Shown here: positions 19,379 through 28,702 of the stretch, piece by piece
Numbering within the stretch: position 1 is the stretch's first letter
Layout of the letters: each line of letters starts with the position of its first letter
Assembly (NCBI GenBank): GCA_041947025.1
Contig: JBHGBJ010000006.1
Span: forward strand, 5,995 to 69,994
Source of the DNA: Thermodesulfobacteriota bacterium
GTDB lineage: Bacteria; Desulfobacterota; BSN033; UBA1163
Direction of reading: 5' to 3'
DNA: 64,000 bases
Position numbers and translations under genes: made by a program
The notes under the pieces: model-generated
Seen by the model: the letters and a program-made list of their open reading frames with translations, nothing else
Database searches by the model: none
Told to the model about the DNA's origin: nothing

Positions 19379-19480
19379 AAAACCTCCCTCAGCTCTCGCT
19401 TGGGTAAGCTACAGCAAAGTGGTATGGACATCAGAGAGACATGCCTGCCAGCAGGATAGACTGGGCAGAGGCAATTGCAT

Positions 19481-19987
19481 TTATCGAAACTCAACGAACT
19501 CCTCAAGGGGTTTGCGGTAGTTCTGCGGCGACTCTGCAGGATACCCGACCGGGAGAAGAGAGACCACCCGGATCGCCTCAGGAAGTTGAAAGAGTTTTTG
19601 AATAGCTGTCTCAGCCCCTGTCCCCCAAACACCGATCCAGCCCACCCCCAAACCGAGGCTATGTCCAGCCAGGGCCATATTCTGTGTGGCAGCAGCTCCC
19701 GCCTCAATCCCATGGAGGGGATCGATCCTGCGATCCACGCAGACCAGGATGACTGTGGGTGCTTCGTTGATTCCCAGATGAAGGACATTCTCCCTGGACG
19801 CCTTATCCAGTTTATTTTTTAAATCGGGATCTTTGATGACGATAAATTTCCAAGGTTGAAGATTACTGAATGAAGGGGCCCACCTTCCTGCATCGAGAAT
19901 CATCTGGAGCCTCTCCTGACCGATCGGGTCAGGTTTAAATTTCCGGATCGTCCTTCGATTCTTAATCGCGTTTAACACTTCATTCAT
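19481..19987 (-). CDS. nitroreductase-family protein
   Basis: 168 aa; ...AIKNRRTIRKFKPDPI...APSFSNLQPWKFIVIKD... classic nitroreductase N-terminus. Confidence 0.7.
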   Translation of the reverse strand: MNEVLNAIKNRRTIRKFKPDPIGQERLQMILDAGRWAPSFSNLQPWKFIVIKDPDLKNKLDKASRENVLHLGINEAPTVILVCVDRRIDPLHGIEAGAAATQNMALAGHSLGLGVGWIGVWGTGAETAIQKLFQLPEAIRVVSLLPVGYPAESPQNYRKPLEEFVEFR

Positions 19988-20121
19988 GGGTCGGTCCTTT
20001 CCATCGAAAATTGGTCATAGCATAGTGAACTTTTAAAGAGATGTCAATGATCAGATAAGCCATATGGTTGGATCGTTGAGTTCGTTCGTTCCGCCGAACG
20101 ATCAAAGCGATCCAAACGATA

Positions 20122-21045
20122 TTAACGTTTTTCAGATAAGAATCGATCGAGCCCCCTTCGAGAGGGCAGGGAAGGCTGGGCGCCGAGTTTCGTTGTGGCA
20201 AGGGCTCCTGCCGCACTCGCAAATTTGAGAATTTCCCGGATGGGCTTTCCATCCGCAAGGCCGCAGGCAAGGGCTCCCATGAAGGCATCTCCTGCCGCAG
20301 TCGTATCCACCGCATTTACTTGAAAGGCCTTCATCCGAATTGACTCCGTTCTATTCTTAAAGAAAAGTCCTCTCGGTCCTAAGGTGATGACCACATTCTT
20401 TGCCCCTCTATCCAGCAATCGATCAACGATCTTTTCAATATCTTTTTCCTTTCTCATTCTTAATCCTGACAGGCGTTGGGCCTCCTCTTCGTTAGGGACG
20501 AGGAAATCGACCCATGAAAGAATATCGGATGAAAGGGGAATGGAGGGAGATGGATTGAGAAGGGTAAGGGCCCCTTTCTGTTTGGCCCTTTTCAAACCCT
20601 CCCTGACGGTTCGGATGGGGATCTCCAATTGGGTGACGAAAACTCTAATCTCTTTCCAGAAGGGATCAAATCTTTTCAAATCTTTCTGAGAAAGGCCGCG
20701 ATTTGCTCCCGGGGAGACGATGATCCGATTCTCCCCTTTGGGATTCAATTCAATCAGTGCCAAACCGGTTGGAAGTTTCTTGTCTTTAAGAATCCATCTC
20801 TGATCGAGTCCGTTCCTTATTAAATACTGATAATAAGATTGACCGTAGTGATCATCCCCCAGCTTTGTGATGAAATTTACCTTCCCACCCTGGCGCTTTG
20901 ATGCGATGGCCTGGTTGGCCCCTTTTCCTCCGAAGGCGGTGACGAGATTCTCACCCAAGATCGTTTCACCGGGAAGGTGAAAACGCGGGATTTTAAGAAT
21001 GAGATCGATATTCGAACTGCCAAGAACGAGAATTTTTTTAGCCAT
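20122..21045 (-). CDS. rbsK: ribokinase (PfkB family)
   Basis: 307 aa; KILVLGSSNIDLI...GGKGANQA...C-terminal DTTAAGDAFMGAL (PfkB signature). Confidence 0.8.
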   Translation of the reverse strand: MAKKILVLGSSNIDLILKIPRFHLPGETILGENLVTAFGGKGANQAIASKRQGGKVNFITKLGDDHYGQSYYQYLIRNGLDQRWILKDKKLPTGLALIELNPKGENRIIVSPGANRGLSQKDLKRFDPFWKEIRVFVTQLEIPIRTVREGLKRAKQKGALTLLNPSPSIPLSSDILSWVDFLVPNEEEAQRLSGLRMRKEKDIEKIVDRLLDRGAKNVVITLGPRGLFFKNRTESIRMKAFQVNAVDTTAAGDAFMGALACGLADGKPIREILKFASAAGALATTKLGAQPSLPSRRGLDRFLSEKR

Positions 21046-21143
21046 GAGTCAGCTGAACCAGAGTTTTTTTAGATACCCCGTCCGTAATCCCCCTTGGCCC
21101 CCCTTTATAGAAAGGGAAGGGTGTGTGGGGGGATTTTTGAACT

Positions 21144-22088
21144 TCAACGAAGCCTTGATATAAAAAGATCCAGGAACTTCTCTGCATCCACTGCCAAGCA
21201 TACCTCAATCTTTGGACCGTCGTTTACCTCTGAAACACGGCCATAATGTTTCCCCTCTTGGGTTTGCACGCTAAGGGACAGGCTTTCCTTTTTTACGAGG
21301 CTGGGATCGATCACCGCACCTATGGCAAGTGGGTCGTGGAGGTAGACCCGTTCGGAACCCCTCGAGAACCGATGCGTGGTGGGATCATAACCAATTGCCT
21401 CGATCAGAAACTGTGAAAACGGGTTCTTGATCGGTATCAACCTTTCTTCGATCACCGGAGGGGTGAGAAAGACCTGATGGGTGACATCGAGGGGAACGAG
21501 TGAAATCGGCAATCCGGAATCAAAGACCATTTTGGCTGCGAGGGGATCGACAAAGACATTAAACTCAGCATAAGAAGTGATGTTTCCTTTCGTGCGAACC
21601 GCGCCCCCCATGATCACCACTTCCTTCAATTTTCTCATTCCTTCAGGGTCTTCTTGAAGTCCCAAGGCGAGATTAGTAAGGGGACCCGTGGCAACTAAAG
21701 TCAATTGATGGGGGTGTTGAAGGGCCATCTTTGTGATCAGTTCTTGTGCAGGGCCAGGATAGATCTGCCACCATCTCTCCTTTCCCTTTCGATCTATCCT
21801 CGCGCCGCCCAACCCGTCTTTCCCGTGGACAGAATGGGCGTAAACGGACTTCCCTGTAAGAGGACGGTCTGCCCCTTGGGCAATCAGAGGTTTTGGCCGA
21901 GGCTGGATCAAGTAGAGGATTTTCTGGATGTTTTCAAAAACCTGGCCTAAAGGAACATTCCCATCGACCCCTGTAACAGCCATCACTTCCAATTCGGACG
22001 AATGGAAAGCAAAGATCAGGGCCAGGGCGTCATCGACCCCGACGTCACAATCGATGATCACCTTTTTCCTCATGATCTCCTGAGCCAT
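21144..22088 (-). CDS. inosine-uridine-preferring nucleoside hydrolase
   Basis: KKVIIDCDVGVDDALAL (DxDxxxDD Ca-binding motif) ... typical IU-NH; alternative start ATG 22073. Confidence 0.8.
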   Translation of the reverse strand: MAQEIMRKKVIIDCDVGVDDALALIFAFHSSELEVMAVTGVDGNVPLGQVFENIQKILYLIQPRPKPLIAQGADRPLTGKSVYAHSVHGKDGLGGARIDRKGKERWWQIYPGPAQELITKMALQHPHQLTLVATGPLTNLALGLQEDPEGMRKLKEVVIMGGAVRTKGNITSYAEFNVFVDPLAAKMVFDSGLPISLVPLDVTHQVFLTPPVIEERLIPIKNPFSQFLIEAIGYDPTTHRFSRGSERVYLHDPLAIGAVIDPSLVKKESLSLSVQTQEGKHYGRVSEVNDGPKIEVCLAVDAEKFLDLFISRLR

Positions 22089-22261
22089 GTCGATCCCTCT
22101 CTTAACTTCTATCGGAATTTGATCACTTCGTCAACATGAAAAGAGAGATCCCTGAAACACTCGAGATCTCTGTAATCCAGAGAGCGGGTGGCAGTCTTCC
22201 AGCTGTCCCAAGAATTAATGGAAAAAACTGGATCCTGTCCGTTATAGTGTGAAAGACTGAA

Positions 22262-23644
22262 ATGGGTGACAATCAACAGACAAACAAGCGATTGACGTTA
22301 TTGATGACAACTTCGGGGGCATTCGTGGTTCCCTTTATGGGGTCCTCTGTCAACATCGCACTTCCTTCGATTGGAAAGGAATTTGCGATGGACGCGATCA
22401 TGCTGAGCTGGGTCACGACCTCTTATATTTTAGCGTCGGCTGCCTTCCAGGTCCCTGCCGGCAGGATCGCGGATATCTTTGGGAGGAAGAAGGTTTTTCT
22501 CTGGGGGTTTGTCATCCATACCTTTTTCTCCCTTCTCTGCGTAATCTCCCGCGATTCCATTTCCTTCATTGTCTTCAGGTTTCTTCAAGGGGTTGGGGGC
22601 TCGATGACCTTCAGCACGGGGACAGCCATTCTCATGTCCGTCTTTCCGGTTGAGGAGAGAGGAAAGGTTCTTGGGGTGAATGTGGCGGCAGTTTATGTCG
22701 GGCTCTCGTGCGGCCCTTTCGTCGGAGGCGTCTTAACCTATTCCCTTGGATGGAGAAGTATTTTTCTTATTACGGTGCCCATTGGGTTTCTGATCATCCT
22801 GTTCACGCTCTTAAAGATAAAAGGCGAGTGGGTCGAGGCCAAGGGGGAATCTTTCGATCTGACCGGATCGATTCTCTTCATCATCACCCTTACTGCAATC
22901 ATTTACGGTTTTTCCTTACTCCCGGGACCAAAGGGAAGCCTCCTCATCCTCTTCGGAGCTGTCATGCTTCCTCTATTCGTGAAGTGGGAGATCAGGTCAA
23001 AGGCATCGATCTTCAATATCGATCTTTTTAGAAGGAACAGGGTCTTTGCCTTTTCCAACATCGCTGCTTTCATCAATTATGGTGCGACCTTTGCGGTCAC
23101 CTTTCTCTTAAGCCTCTACCTCCAATACGTTAAAGGGTTGAATCCTCAGGGGGCAGGTCTGATACTGATCGCTCAGCCAATCTTTCAAGCAGTCTTTTCA
23201 CCCTTTGCGGGCAAGCTCTCGGATAGGATCGAACCGGGAAAAGTGGCATCAACTGGAATGGCCATCACTGCAGTCGGTCTCTTTCTGTTTATCTTTCTAA
23301 GGGAAAAGACAGCCATCTCCTTCATCATTGCCAACTTGGCATTCATGGGTATCGGTTTCTCCCTCTTCTCCTCTCCAAACACGAATGCCGTGATGAGTTC
23401 GATTGAAAAGAAGTATTATGGAGTCGCCTCAGGAACGCTTGGAACGATGCGGACCGTAGGGATGATGTTCAGCATGGGAATGGTGATGCTGGTTTTTTCC
23501 CTATACATAGGACGAACTCAAATTACACCTTCTTCCTACCCGCTCTTTGTAAAAAGCATGAAGGCCATATTTATCTTTTCCACTGCCCTCTGCGTAGCAG
23601 GTATTTTTGCCTCTCTTTCAAGGGGCCGAGTGCGCCGAGGATAA
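22262..23644 (+). CDS. MFS transporter (14-TMS DHA2-like)
   Basis: 460 aa polytopic; GRIADIFGRKKVF MFS motif A region. Confidence 0.8.
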   Translation: MGDNQQTNKRLTLLMTTSGAFVVPFMGSSVNIALPSIGKEFAMDAIMLSWVTTSYILASAAFQVPAGRIADIFGRKKVFLWGFVIHTFFSLLCVISRDSISFIVFRFLQGVGGSMTFSTGTAILMSVFPVEERGKVLGVNVAAVYVGLSCGPFVGGVLTYSLGWRSIFLITVPIGFLIILFTLLKIKGEWVEAKGESFDLTGSILFIITLTAIIYGFSLLPGPKGSLLILFGAVMLPLFVKWEIRSKASIFNIDLFRRNRVFAFSNIAAFINYGATFAVTFLLSLYLQYVKGLNPQGAGLILIAQPIFQAVFSPFAGKLSDRIEPGKVASTGMAITAVGLFLFIFLREKTAISFIIANLAFMGIGFSLFSSPNTNAVMSSIEKKYYGVASGTLGTMRTVGMMFSMGMVMLVFSLYIGRTQITPSSYPLFVKSMKAIFIFSTALCVAGIFASLSRGRVRRG

Positions 23645-23755
23645 GGGAACCCTAAAATAGATATTGAAAGGTGCAACAGAGCGTTGGTCTGGAATGTTTA
23701 AAATGGACTTGTTAATGATTTTATTCCGCTTCAAAAACTTTTGGGGGGATGAGAG

Positions 23756-25612
23756 ATGGAGAAACATATTGCTTGGTTGGATGCAGAAGAAAAAGAATTA
23801 GAGAAACAAGTGTTAGGGGAATATTCGAGCGATCAAGTTCGAAAGCATCTTGAATATTTAACAACCCTGACTCGCCGTGCTGGAACAGAGGATGAACTGA
23901 AGGCGGCCAAATATATTAAGAACAAACTTGAAGAGTACGGGGTTGATGGGAGAATTCATGAAATCGATGCTTACATCAGTCTTCCCGGAGAAGCAGAGCT
24001 TGAGATTCTGTCCCCGGTTCAAAGATCGATTCCCTGCTTGCCACGTACTTTTATACCCTCAACCCCTCCGAACGGCATAGAGGCTGAGCTGATTTTGGTA
24101 CCGGGCAGCGGATCAAAGGAGAATGATCAAGGAATCGATTTAAGGGGTAAGATTGTTTTGGTCGAGCTGGGATACAGAGAAGGCCGGATCGATTCATTGC
24201 GTATAGCTGAGGAAAGAGGCGCGGCGGGTCAGATTCAGGTCACTGGAAAAGCGCTCCACATACATGAGGTGAAAGATACAACATTTTCTGGGCTTTCGAA
24301 TCAGGTTTATCCGGCTGAAAAATCCCGTCTCATCAACATCGGACAAATCCGTTATACATGGGGGAACCCTACCCCGGATACGATGGATAAAATCCCCAGT
24401 ATCCCTGTCATATCGATTTCGAATGAAGATGGAAGGGATCTCACAGATTTAACCAGGAAGGGTCCCGTCGTAGTGAGGTTAAAGGCTGATGTGTGGCGTG
24501 GTTATAAAAAGATACGACTTCCTATGGGCGATATTAAAGGGACTAAGAACCCCGAAAAATATATCCTTTTGGGAGGCCATTTTTGTAGCTGGTTTACCGG
24601 AGCGGTGGACAACGCCGCGGCAAGCTCTCTGATATTGGAAATGGCCAGAATCTTCTCTAAGAATCGGAAGCATCTTTCCAGGAGCATCAAGTTCGCTTGG
24701 TGGTCTGGGCACGAGCAAGGGACGTATGCAAGCTCAACCTGGTATTTGGACAATTTCTGGGAAGATATTCGGGACCATGCGGTGGCCTTTGTGGTGATGG
24801 ATGCCATTGGAAGACTGGGCTCATCGGGTTTTGAATCGAGAAACACTGAAGACGTAAGGAAATTTCACGAGAGAGTGATCAAAGAGGTTTTAGGAATAGA
24901 GGTGAAAAGCAATCGGGTTTCCAAGATCGGGGATCAGAGCTTTTGGGGGATGGGAATTCCATCCACGGCAGGAAACACAACTTTTACGGATGAGCAAAGT
25001 GCAGCCATGGGAGGGAATCCCCATTGGTACAGTCACACGATAGAAGACACCCTGGATAAAGTGGATATGCAACTCGTGTCCATTCCTTTTAAGATCAATG
25101 CTACTTCCGTCTTGAGACTCTGCAACAACCCGGTTTTACCTTTCGAATTTGTGACGATGGCAGAGATATTTGAGAAGAGATTGGATGATTTGCAAAAAGC
25201 TGGTGGATCATTCCTGGATTTGACTCCGTTGATAAATCAGACGGAGGAATTAGAAAAGAGGGCAAAGGCCTTGAATAAGGGAATCGCAAAGAATCTTTCA
25301 GCTTTTGTAAATAAGAGGACAGGTGGAAGAAGCAAAAGCAAGTTTGAAGAGATAAACGCATGTCTGATGGGACTTAGCCGAATTCTTATCCCCGCACTTT
25401 CCTCGAAAGCGGGAAAATATGGACAAGATCCCATTTTTAGCAGATACAAGCTGATTCCAACGCTTCAGCCAATGGAAGAGCTGAATTCGATGGACAGAGA
25501 GGGTGAAGAATGTAAGGCTTTAATGACCTCTCTGTTGAGGGAGCGTAACAAGTTGTCAGACGCTCTAAACTTGGCTAATCACATTCTGGATAGCACCTTG
25601 AGCAGAATATGA
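23756..25612 (+). CDS. M28-family peptidase with PA domain (transferrin-receptor-like aminopeptidase)
   Basis: 618 aa; N-terminal region + PA-like insert + M28 metal-ligand blocks (HxD...D...EE...H pattern: GGHFCSW..., ...WWSGHEQGTYASS...). Confidence 0.65.
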   Translation: MEKHIAWLDAEEKELEKQVLGEYSSDQVRKHLEYLTTLTRRAGTEDELKAAKYIKNKLEEYGVDGRIHEIDAYISLPGEAELEILSPVQRSIPCLPRTFIPSTPPNGIEAELILVPGSGSKENDQGIDLRGKIVLVELGYREGRIDSLRIAEERGAAGQIQVTGKALHIHEVKDTTFSGLSNQVYPAEKSRLINIGQIRYTWGNPTPDTMDKIPSIPVISISNEDGRDLTDLTRKGPVVVRLKADVWRGYKKIRLPMGDIKGTKNPEKYILLGGHFCSWFTGAVDNAAASSLILEMARIFSKNRKHLSRSIKFAWWSGHEQGTYASSTWYLDNFWEDIRDHAVAFVVMDAIGRLGSSGFESRNTEDVRKFHERVIKEVLGIEVKSNRVSKIGDQSFWGMGIPSTAGNTTFTDEQSAAMGGNPHWYSHTIEDTLDKVDMQLVSIPFKINATSVLRLCNNPVLPFEFVTMAEIFEKRLDDLQKAGGSFLDLTPLINQTEELEKRAKALNKGIAKNLSAFVNKRTGGRSKSKFEEINACLMGLSRILIPALSSKAGKYGQDPIFSRYKLIPTLQPMEELNSMDREGEECKALMTSLLRERNKLSDALNLANHILDSTLSRI

Positions 25613-25653
25613 AATATCGAAACGGTCCGGTCGAGAATCAAGGGGACGAAGCA

Positions 25654-27753
25654 TTACTTATTTTTTTCCGTCCTTTTCTCCGGCCCTTTGGGTTCCTTCG
25701 CTCTCTCTATTCTTTTCTCCACGGGTTGGTCTTCCACAGGGCTTTGAGTCTCTTTTTCAACCGATTGGCGTTCCTTAAACGTTTCAACCGGTTTCTCCTG
25801 GGATCTTGATTTTTCTGTCCCTCTTTCCTGAGGCTGGAATTCTCTCTGTTTCTCTATTCCCTTTTCAGTCGGTCTGGACTGTTGACGGGTCTCTATTCCT
25901 CTTTCAGGGGTTCTCAATTCCTTCGGTTTTTGTGTTCCCTTCTCGTTTTGAGTTCCCTTCTCGGGAGGTTTGGTCTCCCGAGTTCTTTCCACTGTTCTCT
26001 CTTGAGGCTGAGACACTTTCTCTTTCGTTTTCTCAGCGGGACTGGGTTCCTTAGGTTTCTCTACGACCTTCTCCGTCGGCTTGATTTCTCTATTTTTTTC
26101 GACTCGCTCCGGTTGACGAGACCTTTCAATTGTTCTTTCTGAGGGTTTAAATTGTTTGGTCGTCTCGCCCCTCTTTTCCAATTCCTTTGACACCTGAGAT
26201 TTCTCGATGGTCTTCCCCACGGGGCTTGATTTTTCAGCCTTTGTCTCCGGCCGTTTCATCTCTCCGGGTTTCTGTACTTCTTTCTGGATCGGGCTGCGCT
26301 CTCCGGCCTTTTCAAATTCTCTCTGGACGGGTTTGCCCTCTTTGACCTTCAACGTCATTTCTCTTGGCGGCGACTCGGGCTTGAGAACCGAGGCGTTTCT
26401 CTCCTTGACGAGGGGACGTTTCTCCTTTGTTTCTCTAACCCGTATCTCTTTGATGGGCTCAGGGGGTCTTTTTGCCGGCGGAACCTCCTTGACCACTGGC
26501 ATCCTCGTTGTCCTTTCCGGTCTTATATCCGGCCCTACAATACTTATTCTTTCCTTGCGAAATGGATTTTCCCTGACATGGACATCCACGTGCTTGCCAG
26601 TCACGAACGTGTCGTTGTGAACGACTGTCACCGAATTTTTCACATTGACGTTCTTATACACAATCTTATTCACCTGGATATTTGTAATATTGACGCTGGT
26701 TATGTTGACACTGTGCGGGCCATAGTGGCCGCGGCCGTAGTAAATCTCTCTCGGGGCGAGGGGGATCCAGGCAACATATGTCGGAGTCCGAACCCAAGCC
26801 ACAAATCCGGGGCCCCAAAAGACAGCCCCTCGGGAGGGTGGAACCCAGCACCATCCGATCGTGGCGACAAAGGCCCACCTCCCATAGTGATAAGGCACCC
26901 AACCCCAGGGCTCGTAAGAGACCCAGACATAATCGCCAGCCATCCATACCCATCTTCCCATTCGATAAGGGGCCCACCCGGCAGAGGCAACAACCTTCGG
27001 TGTCCATACATAACCGTATCCGCTCGTATAGACCCACTTCCCGTATTCATCAAAGTCGGCGGAGTAAGCACTGAGCTCTTCAGGCAGGTGACGAACGGGT
27101 GGTCTCCATGCGGCAAGTTTCCCGTCCCTCTCACGGTTCCATCTTTCCCATTGATCAGGAGGTCCGAGTGGAGAAAGCTCCGCATAAGCCTCCTCATCGA
27201 GAGAGAGTGCGTAACCTGACTTCACTGTTCTCATTCCTCTCTTGGCCTCCACATCGACTGAACCTTTGAGCACGGAGATCTGATTCAGGCCATCGTCGGA
27301 GAGATCCACCATGAATATGGAAGGATCATAGGCTCGTATCGAAGAGATGGAAGTATCGATTTGGAGGATACTGTCTGTCTGACCTCTAAAATTGGCGTAG
27401 AGATGCCCTTCGTTTAGATAGAACTGTAAGGAATCTTTATCGAGGGTGATGATTTCGAGAGCGGATTCTTCATCAAGCCTTAGGTATGTCCCGTCTCTTA
27501 ACTGAAGCTCGAGTTTTCCTTCCTGCGGGATCCAAATCCGGTCGCCTTCCCGAAGCGGCATGTTGATTGAGGCAGGAACCCAGTCTTCTGTATCCTCTGT
27601 CCTGATCTGAACATCTCCCGAAATAAGACTGACACGCAATTCTCCAAGATCTTGTGAGTAAGAATGGGCGGGGAGAAGAAAAAGAGCTGATATGATTATG
27701 AAGAGCTTAAAGGCTTTCATTTCTTGGTCCTCCTTATTCTGAGTTACTGTCAA
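25654..27753 (-). CDS. secreted FecR-domain protein with W/Y/G-rich repeat region and ~300-aa K/E/P/R-rich low-complexity C-terminal tail
   Basis: Signal peptide (MKAFKLFIIISALFLLPAHSYSQ), FecR-like beta-sandwich segment (LISGDVQIRTEDTEDW...REGDRIWIP...LRDGTYLRLDEESALEI), then GRW/WV repeats (YRMGRWVWMAGDYVW...YHYGRWAFV), then EK/PE repeats to the C-terminus; DNA 25654-26600 shows degenerate periodic repeats. Confidence 0.6.
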   Translation of the reverse strand: MTVTQNKEDQEMKAFKLFIIISALFLLPAHSYSQDLGELRVSLISGDVQIRTEDTEDWVPASINMPLREGDRIWIPQEGKLELQLRDGTYLRLDEESALEIITLDKDSLQFYLNEGHLYANFRGQTDSILQIDTSISSIRAYDPSIFMVDLSDDGLNQISVLKGSVDVEAKRGMRTVKSGYALSLDEEAYAELSPLGPPDQWERWNRERDGKLAAWRPPVRHLPEELSAYSADFDEYGKWVYTSGYGYVWTPKVVASAGWAPYRMGRWVWMAGDYVWVSYEPWGWVPYHYGRWAFVATIGWCWVPPSRGAVFWGPGFVAWVRTPTYVAWIPLAPREIYYGRGHYGPHSVNITSVNITNIQVNKIVYKNVNVKNSVTVVHNDTFVTGKHVDVHVRENPFRKERISIVGPDIRPERTTRMPVVKEVPPAKRPPEPIKEIRVRETKEKRPLVKERNASVLKPESPPREMTLKVKEGKPVQREFEKAGERSPIQKEVQKPGEMKRPETKAEKSSPVGKTIEKSQVSKELEKRGETTKQFKPSERTIERSRQPERVEKNREIKPTEKVVEKPKEPSPAEKTKEKVSQPQERTVERTRETKPPEKGTQNEKGTQKPKELRTPERGIETRQQSRPTEKGIEKQREFQPQERGTEKSRSQEKPVETFKERQSVEKETQSPVEDQPVEKRIERAKEPKGPEKRTEKNK

Positions 27754-28082
27754 TTCTTAGACGGAAAGCAAATTCTCTTTATTCATCCCAGAGGGACATC
27801 CATGGCTTTGAGAGCAAGAAATATGCCTGGAAGATTTGAATGGAGGCAATTCTGTAACCCTTCGAACCTCAATACCAAATTCGAGTTTTGCGGGAGCTTC
27901 AAGATTGGAATGAGTTCTTACTAATGACAAATTGTCGGGCTTCAGAACATTTTTCGTCTGCGGGAGCTTTGAAGATCAAGATGATACGGGGGCACGAACA
28001 AGCATGAACTCAGTTTGATACAAGAGGTAATCAGTGCAGATTCTTGCCCGAAAAGTTTATAGCCCAGCCACAATCATTCCCC

Positions 28083-28502
28083 TCAACTTGTTTCAGATTT
28101 CTTTTTGGTCTTGTTCTCCATAGGAAAATTGGCCGCCTCCCATTCTGGGAATCCTCCTTTGAGTGCAAAGACCCTGGGATAACCTTTTTCTATGAATTGG
28201 CGTGCCACCCAGGCACTTGTCTCTTCACTCGGTCAGGAGCAATAGAATACAAGGGTCTTGCTTTTCGGATATTGCTTCAACCATGATCCGATTTCCTCGG
28301 GGTTTTTCCAGGTAGCTCCCGGAATCTTTTTTTCGCTGGCGTTCCATTCGTCATCTATTCGTACATCGAGAATGATCACATTAGGATCGCCGAGCATGGT
28401 TTTGAGCTCCTCTTTACTGATTCTAGGTGACTCTTGGGAGAAGGCGACTGTCGAAAGGAGTTGCATCAGAATCAGAATCGATCCGAATATAACCGTTTTC
28501 AT
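28083..28502 (-). CDS. periplasmic single-domain rhodanese (sulfurtransferase) with in-frame TGA at the catalytic position; candidate selenoprotein (Sec at 28233-28235)
   Basis: ORF 28233..28550 ends ...KTLVFYCS-TGA, but translation continues in the same frame PSEETSAWVARQFIEKGYPRVFALKGGFPEWEAANFP..., the conserved rhodanese C-terminal half. The TGA sits exactly 17 residues before the conserved GY, as the catalytic Cys does in GlpE/PspE. Signal peptide MKTVIFGSILILMQLLSTVAFSQ; start ATG 28502 after AGGTGG. Confidence 0.5.
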
Positions 28503-28702
28503 TTTTCCACCTCGTATGTTTAAATAACCGATAAGTATTTTACCAACCACATCTTGATAAGCAAATACTGTGGAGGCCGTATTTTTAGGGAAATATCGCT
28601 GTATTTCTTGCGGGGAGTGGTCGATTACAGTTTGAATTGTTTACATCGTGGGGTGGGATCTGAAAGTCACCAGGAACAATACGACTATATCGATACTCCT
28701 AA

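Noticed and set aside
25654-26600. Periodic short DNA repeats resembling a degenerate array
   Set aside because: Not CRISPR: repeats are degenerate, lack spacer structure and sit in-frame encoding the K/E-rich tail of the FecR-domain protein.
28233-28550. Rhodanese annotated as a complete 105-aa ORF ending at TGA
   Set aside because: Would lack the entire catalytic half of the domain; same-frame downstream sequence restores it, so read-through (Sec) or recent truncation is the better model.
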